DNA from: Octopus sinensis
Taxonomy: Eukaryota
Direction of reading: 5' to 3'
NCBI RefSeq assembly: GCF_006345805.1
Contig: NW_021832581.1
Coordinates: 1 to 59,723 of the forward strand
DNA: 59,723 nt
A model generated the notes under the pieces. The model saw only the letters and a program-made list of their open reading frames with translations, did no database searches and was not told where the DNA came from. Shown piece after piece: positions 28,110-40,900 of this stretch; position 1 is the first letter of the stretch; each line of letters starts with the position of its first letter. The position numbers and the translations under genes were made by a program.

Positions 28110-28660
28110 CTAAGTACAGAACTTAAATACAGGAAATCTCACTAAGGACCATGCTTTATTGTATTCATTCTCTAGGGTCCTAATATTGAACATTGTTATG
28201 ACATGTCCACAAGAAGTCAGTGGATTCATGTCGTGTACAAGAAGTAGGATAGAGAGCAGTTTCACTCAGAATTCTTCATAGAATGGACTGGATGTATTTA
28301 CCATGGCACCAGCACTATAAAGCTCAGACATCTCTTCTATCCTGCATCATTGTTAATTGAGAATAATATCTCCTCTATTAAATAGGCCACTTCTCCGTCA
28401 CATTGTGATGGCTGTGTTTATATGGCCAACAACCGAGATGGGTCACCTCTCGACCGTGGTGAGACGACATCTTTGAGAGTGAAAGGAGATGGAATATTGT
28501 TTGTTACATAATATCACTCGGGTCATAAGGGGAGACTGGATCACGGAATGGTAATGGAGGATGGGGTTGATAGGGGAGAATTGATACATGACAAGCAAAG
28601 TTTGTCTGTCTGTCTGTCTCTCACACTCACACAAAGACTCACAAATACACAAATTCACAC

Positions 28661-28696
<36 letters not shown>

Positions 28697-29377
28697 ATAT
28701 ATATATATATACGCAAACAATTTAAAAACTTACTTCGTTTAGTAAATCCAAGGGTGCATCCTCGGAATCAAACACTTCTCTTTCCACGGCCAGGTGCAAA
28801 CAGCTGTTACCTTCACCATCAACAGCATTTATGTCTGCACCCAGTGCTATTAGCTTGTGTGTCATTCCGAGGTGACCCCGGGAAACGGCTTCAAGCAATG
28901 GTGTCCTTTCCTTTTTATTCTTAATATCCAACTGAAGTGAACCCTTTGTGGAAGTAAAAATAGAAAATGAAAATTTACATGAAAATCAGGATGGATATCA
29001 ATGTGTCATTATTGTCTTCTACTGTATACTTGATCAAACTGATCATGTACATTTGATGTTTGTCCGTAAAATCAACCTTCGTAAGATCCTCTAGATGTTG
29101 CTATGAGAATGTGTTCTAGACAGGATAAAGATGTCCTAAATAGATTGTTTCAGCTTAATCTACCTTTCTTCCTAACTATAGTAAGTTTTAGGGGAGCTGA
29201 ACACGAGTGAACACATGATTAACAGATCAAGACTAGTAAAGAAGAATCAAAATTTCTAAAGTATACTTTTGATGTTGCTATAATTAATAAGAGGTTCATA
29301 AAACTGTTGAGGTGGTTAGTGTCCACCACCATGAAATTAATGCGCGTGCACACACACATACACAGAGACACACTCAA

Positions 29378-29458
<81 letters not shown>

Positions 29459-31075
29459 TATACATTACTGTTGGATATATAAATATATATGTTGAATGAG
29501 GAATATGTAAAATGAAGTTCACGAGAAACTTTATCCATCACAACCATTGGTTTGACCCATCTTGCATCGATTCCTTGCAGGTGGGAGAGTTCTCGGTGTC
29601 GCTTGGTATGTTGTTGTTGTCAGTAGGTTCTTGGATTATAGCATTATAGCCAACAACCTCCTGGCAACAACATGCCAAGCGAAACCGAGAATATTTAGTG
29701 AGGTTTCTTCTGTAAAACAAGACACCAGATGAGATGCATCTGCATCGGAGGATGCAACACATCCAATTGTACAGTATCCAACCCACAAGTGTCCGATGCA
29801 AAATGGGTCAATACTCCATTTCCCAATCCCCCATTTGTAATAAAACTCAAAAAACCGTGAAATTCCTGAGGTAGACTAAGTGGCAATTATATCACAACGT
29901 GTGTGAGTGTGTGCGTGCAGACATACATACATACATACATACATACATACATACATACATACATACATACATACATACATACATACATACATACATACAT
30001 ACATAGAGAAACTGTGCATAGTTTAGCTGTGCAGCGGATGTTGACATAAAGTGAAAATAAGTATCTGAAATAAACTGAATAATGACATATCTATGTATAT
30101 ATATGTTTTGATTGTAGAAAAGATAAATCCGGAGAAGAAGCACACTCTAAGATGTAGAGCAGTGTATATTTTAAAACTGGGGAAGGCCGGTTTCCGGGAT
30201 TACCCTTGGTTTCCGGTCCAAAAAGGATTTAGCTTCATGGCGTATCATTAGACCCAAAACCTGTTGGCCTAAGACCTCTTCCAAATATGGAGGTTGGAAA
30301 GCCTTCACCTCATACGCCTAATCCCGTCCAATAGCTTTTCCAGCTGCATACGGGTGTATAGTTCGTTGGATGACGTGGGGATGTTATTGCTGGAGTATCC
30401 GAGGTCAAATTCTTTCATATTTATGGGAGACCCATGGTTTCAGTGAAACGCTTCAATGGTGAGATATTTAACAGGAACCACATGGTCACTGGGATAATCT
30501 CTTGCTAGGGAGCTGAAAAGGATCGTTTGCAGAAAAATTAAATCCAAGGCTTTTCCCCTTCCATATTTTGAAGAGGTTTTAGGCCAACAGGTTTTGGGGT
30601 CTTACGATACGGTACAAAGCTAAACCCTTTATGAATGGGAAACCCAGGGTAATCCCATAAACCACCCCAATTTTTTACATACATATATATGTATATGTAT
30701 ATATATATATAAGTGTATATGCATGTATGTATATTTACTGCTTCCTTTTTGATATCTTACTAAATCTCCTTCTCTCTTCCATAAAAAACTGTTTTGTAAA
30801 TTATTGTTTACCATACATTAATATTTTGAAAATAAAATTCTGTTCTTGTATATGTATATTGCATTGAAGAATGGATGTAAACATGATATTCCATGAACTG
30901 AGGTGCTTGTCATTTATACCTGTTTTACTTTGTAAATTGTACGATGGCACTGTATGATTTATAACCTATACACTAATGCAGACATGTAAAAGAATTTATC
31001 ATACACAAAAATTTCTGTGAAACGATGTAACTGGTGAAAGAAATATATTCATCTTATAATTTCTTACATTATATG

Positions 31076-31133
<58 letters not shown>

Positions 31134-31650
31134 TGTGTGTGTGTGTGTGTGTGTGTGTATAAATATATACATATTCCTACGCATAGTCACACACACAAAT
31201 ATATATATATGTGCATATATATATGTGTATGTATATATATATGAGTATTCATCTTGTATGTGTGTGCGTACACGTGTGTGTATGTGTTATATGTGTGTGT
31301 GAGTGTGTTTTTGTCTTGACGTCTATGTGATAGTTGTAAATGAGTTCCAATGTCATATAAGCAGGGTCTCTTATTTCCAACATTCTGTGGGAACATGTCT
31401 CGTTCTTGGCAAATGTTAGCTTCCTTGAAAAGAAGAGGAGAGGGTTGGCGATAGGGAGAGCATCCAGCTGCGGAAAATCTGCATCAATAAAATCTATTTG
31501 AACCAAGCAAGTATGACGATGTTGATGATCTGTGTATATACATATATATATATGTGTATATATATATATATATATAGTTAGATTGATAGATAGATATATA
31601 GATAGATAGATAGATAGATAGACAGAGAGAGAGATAGAGAGACAGACAAC

Positions 31651-31705
<55 letters not shown>

Positions 31706-31740
31706 CAGAGAGAGAGAGAGAGATAGAGAGACAGACAGAC

Positions 31741-31811
<71 letters not shown>

Positions 31812-31909
31812 CAGAGAGAGAGATGAGAGCAGACAGACAGATGATAGATAGATAGATAGATAGAGATAGATAGATAGATAGATAGAGAGAGAGAAGAGAG
31901 ACAGACGAC

Positions 31910-31972
<63 letters not shown>

Positions 31973-32016
31973 CAGAGAGAGAGAGATAGAGAGACAGACA
32001 GACAGATAGATAGATG

Positions 32017-32077
<61 letters not shown>

Positions 32078-32115
32078 ATAGACAGACAGAGAGAGAGATA
32101 GAGAGACAGACAGAC

Positions 32116-32207
<92 letters not shown>

Positions 32208-34586
32208 ATAGAAAGAAAGAAATAGATAGACACACACATCCATATATACATGGTTGTAGTGTAAGGAACATTTTTCCCAGCCATACACTCTTCCACGTTG
32301 AATCCCTCTGCATGGAAACTCAGGCAAGTATATTCTACCCTTACCTAGGGCTGAACAAAATCTTATAAGCGGATTTGGGAAATGAAAACTGAAAGAAGCT
32401 TCATAACAGGTGTGTGTCTATGTGTGTGCCTATGTAGGTGTGTGTGTGTGAGTTAGTGTTTGCATATGTGTGTGTGTGTGTGTAGCGGTTCGGTAAAGAG
32501 GCTGAGAGGATAAGTGATATGCTTAAAATAAAAGAAAGGACTGGGATCGATGCAGTTGACTAAAAATTCAAGGTGATGCCCCAGCATGGCTGCAGGCAAA
32601 TGTCTAAAACAATTAATATATATATATATACCTGATGTCTGTTATATTTTGGTTCATCTCATAATGACCTTGTTTCATTTGACCATTAAAAATATTATTA
32701 TCAGTGGTGCTGGTCAGTTGGACTGTCCACACCGCTAATATCAACATCAACATGATCAATATACAATTCCTCCACAAACACAAGGCTTTTGTAGTACATG
32801 TGATTAAATCTATCCCCATTATTTCACTGGTACATTGGTAATATTTATAGTATACAGATCAATATAATACTGGAGAGTGTATATAATATGTATTTATTAA
32901 CTAACCTGCTTCAGCAATAGACACACCAATTCATAGCTTTGCCTGAAAGTAATGGATGAGGAAAGAAAAACATGAATAAAAAAACAAACATTACACAGCT
33001 TGAGATAATAATTATTAGGTCATTAAAGAAAACAAATGTAATTAGGTAACAATAACTTAATTACAGCAGTTAGTACACACATACTCACACACACATATAT
33101 ATTTATTCAATACACACTCTACACAGTAGAACAATGATATATAAACCCCTGAGTAAACCCAGAAATGTAAAGACAGGAAAAATACTGCTAAGAACTCTGA
33201 CAGCTTATATAAACATGAAATTTAGGAAGGAAAGAAGGGCTACAGGTAATCATATGGACCCCAGTACATGACTGGTATTGTATTTTATCAACCTTGCAAA
33301 GATGGAAGGAGAAGTTGACCTTGGCAGGATTTGAACTCTGAACGTAAAGAGTCGTAAATAAAATAACACAATTTATTTCCTCTGAAAGTAATTAGAAACA
33401 AGAACAGGAGAAAAGAAGGAAGACAGTTTATTAAAGGAACCCCTGGGTATTACTGGTACAGATTATATTGACCCCAAAGTGATAGTAAATATTCTGGTAG
33501 GATTTGAACATGGAACATAAAGAGACAAATGTAAATACTGTAAGGGGATGATTCTGTATTTAGCCCAGGGTCAGAGTAAATAGGGAAACTACAAAGGAGA
33601 GAGAGTGAGGAAGAAGAGAGAGAGAGAGAGAGAGAGGAGAGAGAAAGTAGTTCTAGATGGGATGAAAGGAAGAAGAGAGAGGATTTGAACCTGTGACGTT
33701 GAAGAAATGGAGAACGAGATGAAGTAAAGTGTCCAATCAGGCAACAACAATAACAATTATGGTGATGATTAATTAATAAAGTAGGTTACAGTGCGAAAGA
33801 GAGAAAAAAGACAATGACCCCGTGGTGGGATTATGACATGAATGACTGAATGAAAAAGAAATAAACATTATTGAAAACATAAAAGAAACAGATTTGGATA
33901 TTCCAGATCCAATGGGAACTTACTCCTGAACTGCCACATGCAGTGGTGTGTCTCCATCGTTGTCTACCACATTGGCATCGATGCCATTGTGACCCAACAA
34001 CAGCTCGACAATGTGCAAGTGTCCGGACGAACAGGCGAAGTGCAGCGGTGTTTGACCATTTACATCTTGAGGATTAACCTGAAAAAGAAAAGAATAAAAA
34101 CATTAAAAATGGTGTCTGAAAGGGGAGTCGGGTGGTGAAGAATTAAAAGAAAAACTCACAGAAAAAGAGAAGAGAAGGAATGAAATTAATTAAACAGGTG
34201 GAATGATTGGGGTGGGGAGTAGGTAATGCAGATTTCTATTGTATATACACACACGCGTATACACACATACATATGTACATATAAATATATTTATACACAC
34301 ACACAAGCACACGCATATAGGATGAATAACTCAATAAATAAACACATAGAGCAGCAAAATGTGTATGTGTGTGTATGTGTGTGTGTTCATAATTACATTT
34401 ATTCTTTTATTCTTTCATTTGTTTCAGTCATGTGACTGTGGCCATGCTGGAGCACTGTCGTTAGTCAAGCAAATCAACCCCAATAAGCCTAGTACCAGCA
34501 TCGGTTGTCAAGCGATGTTGGGGGACAAACACAGACACACAAACACACGCACGTACACAGACACACCACACACACATACATATATA

Positions 34587-34632
<46 letters not shown>

Positions 34633-35057
34633 ATATATATACCTATATATTATATATATATATATTATATATATATATATATACATACTACATATATATA
34701 TATATAATTATATATATATATCTATATATATATATAATATATATATACATAAATATATATACATATTTAATAATATATATTACAATACGACGAGCTTCTT
34801 TCAGTCTCCATCTACCAAATCCACTCACAAGGTTTGCTCAGCCTGAGGCTACAGCAGAAGACACTTGTACATTGTGCCATGCAGTGAAAATGAAACCAAC
34901 CACATGGTTCCGGTTCATTTTCACTGCATGGCACAATGTGCAAGTGTCTTCTGCTGTAGCCTCAGGCTGAGCAAACCTTGTGAGTGATTTGGTAGATGGA
35001 GACTGAAAGAAGCTCGTCGTATGTATATACATATATAAATATGTATATATATTTATG

Positions 35058-35109
<52 letters not shown>

Positions 35110-35110
35110 A

Positions 35111-35145
<35 letters not shown>

Positions 35146-35598
35146 CACACCACACACAAATATATATATATATATATATACATTTGTGTGTGTGTGTATG
35201 TAAATAGATCTCTTTACTCTTTTGCTTGTTTCCATCATTTGACTGTGGCCATGCTTGAGTACCACATTTAGTCGAGGATTTGACAACCAGGACTTATTAT
35301 TTGTAAGCCTAGTACTTATTCTATCGATCTCTTTGCCGAACCGTTAAGTACGTGGGCGTAAAACACCAGCATCGGTTGTCAAGCGATGGTGGGGAACAAG
35401 CACGCACACTCAAACACATTTATATATATAATACATATATAGGACGGGCTTCTTCCAGTTTCCGTCCACCAAACACTCAAAGGCTTTGGTCGGGCCGAGG
35501 CTATAGTACAAGACACTTGCCCAAAGTGCCACTAAGTGGGACTGAACCCGAAACCATGTGTTTGTAAGCAATCTACTTACCACACAGCCATTCCTGTG

Positions 35599-35647
<49 letters not shown>

Positions 35648-35873
35648 TTGTATGTTCCTCATCAAGCTTTTTATATAAACATTTCTTAATGAAATTTTCT
35701 GAAAATCCATCCCTTGCAATGTCTTAATCAACAATTATCTCTGGAGTTGCGATTGGTTTGAAACTAATCAAATGATTCCGTTTTCTCAACATAATAGTCA
35801 TCCAAAATCAATGATTACATTAAAAAGTAGGAAACACCAGAAAGTTATGGGGGAAAATACGTGGGCTCAGGAA

Positions 35874-35962
<89 letters not shown>

Positions 35963-36120
35963 GTATATATATATATGTGTGGTGTTGTGTGTGTGTGTAT
36001 ACGTACTCATATATACGTGTGTAGACATATTTATATATATATATGTATATACAACTCATATATACGTGTGTATACATATTTATATATATATATATGTATG
36101 TATGTATGTAAGTATGTATG

Positions 36121-36193
<73 letters not shown>

Positions 36194-37628
36194 CAACTAA
36201 TATAGGATGAATTTTTTTTACAGAAAAAATATTCCATCAAAAATGTGGCAGCATATTAAATACTTTACAGTTAATTATAAACAACTTATAAATAAGGGCT
36301 AAAGAAAAGTATTTCAATGCCAATTTGCTGATAACAGACTTTTAAATCGTCAATTTCCACATATTATTTACTCGCTACAGAAAAAAAACACGAAGAACTG
36401 AAATCGGGAAAAGCCGGACGATAGAATGTTTTTTAAAAAGTTCGTTATTTCTATATTGAATCAATTTTGGAATTAATCTCATAATAGATTCTTTCGTCTT
36501 CAGTAGAACATACGAAAGGATATAAATAAGATACTTACGTCACAACCCCGAGATAGTAAGATCTCCACAGCATGAGGTTGATCACTGAGAGTAAAAGATA
36601 GAAACATTGACTAATTTACATTAAATATGAAAATATTTTGGCTTTGAGACGAAACATTATCGTCATCATCATCACCATCATTATCACCTGCACTATTATC
36701 ATCAATATCATGCTCATCAACATCATTACCATCATCCTCATTGCCACCACCTCCATCATTGACATAATCATCATCATCATCATCGCCATCATCATCATCG
36801 CCATCATCGCCATCATCATCATCGCCTTCATCATCATCACCATCTTCATCACCTGCACTATTATCATCAATATCATGTTCATCAACATCATTACCATCAT
36901 CATCATCATTGCCACCACCTCCATCATTGACATAATCATCATCATCATCATCGCCATCATCATCATCGCCATCATCGCCCTCATCATCAATCGCCTTCAT
37001 CATCATCACCATCATTATCACCTGCACTATATCATCCTATTTGTTCATCACATCATTACCATCATCACATCATTGCCACCACCTCCATCATTGACATAAT
37101 CATCATCATCATCATCGCCATCATCATCATCGCCATCATCGCCCTCATCATCATCGCCTTCATCATCATCACCATCATTATCACCTGCACTATTATCATC
37201 CATATTATGTTCATCAACATCATTACCATCATCCTCATTGCCACCACCTCCATCATTGACATAATCATCATCATCATCATCGCCATCATCATCATCGCCA
37301 TCATCGCCATCATCATCATCGCCTTCATCATCATCACCATCTTCATCACCTGCACTATTATCATCAATATCATGTTCATCAACATCATTACCATCATCAT
37401 CATTGCCACCACCTCCATCATTGACATAATCATCATCATCATCATCGCCATCATCACCATCATTATCATCACTATCATCATCATCACCATCATCATCATC
37501 ATAGCCTTCATCATCATCACCCTCATTGCCAACACCATCATCATCATTATCATCTTCGACATCTCCAATATCATCATAATCAATATTATCATCATTCATT
37601 ACCACTATAATCATAATCATCACCATCG

Positions 37629-37661
<33 letters not shown>

Positions 37662-37890
37662 CCGCATCTATCATCATCATCAACATCATCATCAACAGCA
37701 AGATCAACCTCATCAATATCATCATCATCATAATAATAACATCATAATCATCATCATCATCGTCATCATCACGATAATCATAATAATCATCGTCGTCATC
37801 ATCATCATCCACATCATCATCATCATCATTATCATCATCATCATCATCATCATTATTATCAATATCTTCATCATCTTCATCATCGTCGTT

Positions 37891-37922
<32 letters not shown>

Positions 37923-40900
37923 CATTATCGTCATCATCATCATAATCATCATCATCACCATCACCATCGTCATCTTCATCATCGTCGTTATCATCAACAT
38001 CATGATCATCATCATCATAATCATCATCATCATCATCATCAACACCATCACCATCATCAGCTTCATCATCGTGGTTATCATCGTCATCATCATAATCATC
38101 ATCATCATCGTCGTCATCATCATCATTCATCGCCACTATAATTATAATCATCATCATCGGCATAATCACAGTCATCATCATCATCGTCATCATCATCATC
38201 GTCGTTATCATCATCATCATCATTATCATTATCATCATCAGCAGCAGCAGCAGCATCACCATCATTGCCTCCATCATCATCATCATAATCAACAACACCA
38301 TCATGATGATCGACATCATCAATACCGTCATCGTCATCATCATCATCGCCGTTATCATCATCATCATCGGGATTGTTATGATTGAATAATGACTAATGAA
38401 TTGCATCGATGACTAAAGAGAAGCTTGTTGTTGTTGTTGTTTGCTAGTCTGCTGTTGTGCTGTTGTCCCACTGCAACTACCATGGCCTGTTTCGATATTG
38501 AACCTGTGTCTGCAATTGCAACAAATTTACAAACAAAAACACATCTGCAGATTTTACTTGATTCTCAACTTACCAAATCACAGCCCAATGCAAAGCTGTA
38601 CGACCAAATATGTCTTTTGTTCCTAACTCCGCACCAGCTTCTAACAATATTTCGGTGATTCTTCTATCGGCGCCCATTCCACAGGCCACCATTAAAGGAG
38701 TTGTTCCATCTCCATCAATAGGTTTATTAATCTGTAATGAAGAAAGTGAGGACATGTGAAATAGAGAAATTCCATTTTCTCTCTCTCTCTCTCTCTTTTC
38801 TCTCTTTGTCTCTCACTCTCTTTCTCGTTTTCTTTCCTCTTTCTCTCCCTCTTTCATTTCTCACTTTCTCTGTCTTTCGTTCTCTCTCCGTGTCTCTTTT
38901 ACTCTCTCTTTTCCCATTTTCTTTTTCTCTCTTTCTCTCTCTTTCTCTTTCTCTATTTCTCAATTTCTCTCTTTCTCTCTCCGTCTCTCTCTCTTTCATT
39001 TCTTTCTCTTTCTATTCTTACATTCTTTCTCTTTCCCTTCTTCTTCTCTCTCTTTCTTTCTCCCTCTCTCTTTCTCCCTCTTTTCCCTCTCTCTCATTCT
39101 TTTCTCTCTTTTTCCATTTTACTTTTCTCTGTTTCTCTCTTTTTCCATTTCTCTTTCTTTATCTCTCTCTCTATTACCTTTCTTCTTTCTTTCTCTCTCT
39201 GTCTCCTTCACTATTCCTTTTCTCTCTTTCACCCAACCTTTTTCCCTTTCGTCTCTCTTTCTCTTTTACTTTTATCTCTTTCTCTCTCTTTCTCTCTCTG
39301 CTTCTCTTTTACTTGTCTCTCTTTCTTTGATGCCCTTTCTCTTTCCCTTTTCTCTCTCTCTCTCCCTTTCCTCTCTCTTCTTCATTCATTGTCTCACATT
39401 TTCTTTTCTATCTTTCTCTCTCTATGTCTCTTACTCTTTGTTCTCTCTTTCTCTCTCTTTCCTTCCTCTCTCACTCTCTTTTATATCTTTCTTCCTCTCT
39501 CTCTATTTCCCACTCATTTTTCTCTCCTATATTCCCCTCTTTCCCTCTCTGTCTCCTTTCTCTTTCTCACCCTTTCCTATTCTTATCTTTCACTTTCTTT
39601 TTCCTCATTTCCCTCCTTCTTTCTCCCCCTCTCTTTTTCTCTTCTCTCCTTCTCCCCCGATCTTTTACCTTTCTCTCCTGCTTTACTTTTCTCTCTTTTA
39701 CTATACTCTCTTCTTTATCTCTCTCCTTTTCTTTTCCCTCCTTCTCTCTCCCTTACTCGCTTCCTTTTATCTCTCTTATCTCTTATCTCTTTATCTCGCT
39801 TAACTACCGACCGGTTTCCCTTACATCAATAATCAGCAAGATGTTCGAAACCATCCTTAAGAAAAGTATGATGCTCCACCTCCTAATCACAGCCTCGATC
39901 ACTGATTCCCAACACGGCTTCGTGCCGAAGAGATCATGCTTGACCAACTTACTAGTAATGGAAGAATTGGTGACGCGCATCCTCGATGATAGTGATGCTG
40001 TTGACATCGTTTTATTGGACTTTGCCAAAGCTTTTGACTCGGTAAACCACCGCCTACTACTTGTCAAGCTTCAAGCATATAGTTTCCATCCGGATATTGT
40101 ACGATGGGTTGGTGCCTTCCTCTCAGATCGCTCCTTCCAAGTCCAAGTTAATGGTTCGCGGTCCGTCGTCTCCAGTGCGAGCAGTGGCGTGCCTCAAGGT
40201 TCAGTGCTTGGGCCCTTGTTGTTCTTAGTCTTCATAAATGACTTGCCCGACGACCTCACGCAAAACACCCTTCTATTTGCCGACGATATCAAACTGGTCG
40301 CTCCTCGCGGTAGTATAGAGGATCTTCGTCGATGCCTCCACCAAATTTGGAAGTGGTCTAACGATTGGGACCTGTGTATCTTGGTGGATTCCTCCTTTTC
40401 GCCTTCAGCCCAGTGCGTCCATGCTGCCAACAAAGTGCGCGGAATTCTGTTTTTGATTCGACGGTCATTCGGAATGCTCACAGCAGCCATATTCCTACCA
40501 CTCTATGTCACGCTGGTGAGACCCATATTGGAGTATGGGATTCAAGCCTCTTCTCCTTATCTCCTCAAAGACATACAGCATCTCGAAAGAGTCCAGAGGC
40601 TGGCTACCCGCATGGTTCATGGTCTCAAAAATTTGTCCTACGAAGAAAGGCTGAGGACGCTCGACCTTTATTCTCTTGAAAAACGCCGCCGCCGTGGTGA
40701 TCTCATTCTCGCCCACAACATCATAAGCGGAAGTGTAACCTCTCGAAAGAGCTGTTCTTCACTCCTGCTCCGGATGTCGGCTGCGGGGTCATTCCGAAAA
40801 GCTCTACCTGCGACGATTTCATCTCAATCGAAGGAGAGGAGCTTTCTCCGTCCGGGTTGCGGATCCGTGGAACAAGCTGCCAGACGAGATGGTGAAGATG

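Noticed and set aside
31249-32327. YLSI-repeat ORFs
   Set aside because: Translation of a (GATA)n microsatellite.
32613-32819. 68-aa ORF with a CAG|GTAT donor-like site as the missing ankyrin exon
   Set aside because: No ankyrin similarity; the 37-bp exon at 32906-32942 fits both phase and motif.
36611-38406. Long poly-Asp / poly-Met / poly-Ile ORFs (up to 452 aa) resembling an acidic biomineralisation protein
   Set aside because: They are readings of an (ATC)n satellite open in several frames on both strands, inside an intron whose flanking exons already join in phase.
39424-39799. Apparent N-terminal extension of the 507-aa RT ORF
   Set aside because: Low-complexity flank that happens to be in frame with the truncated LINE; not a fusion gene.
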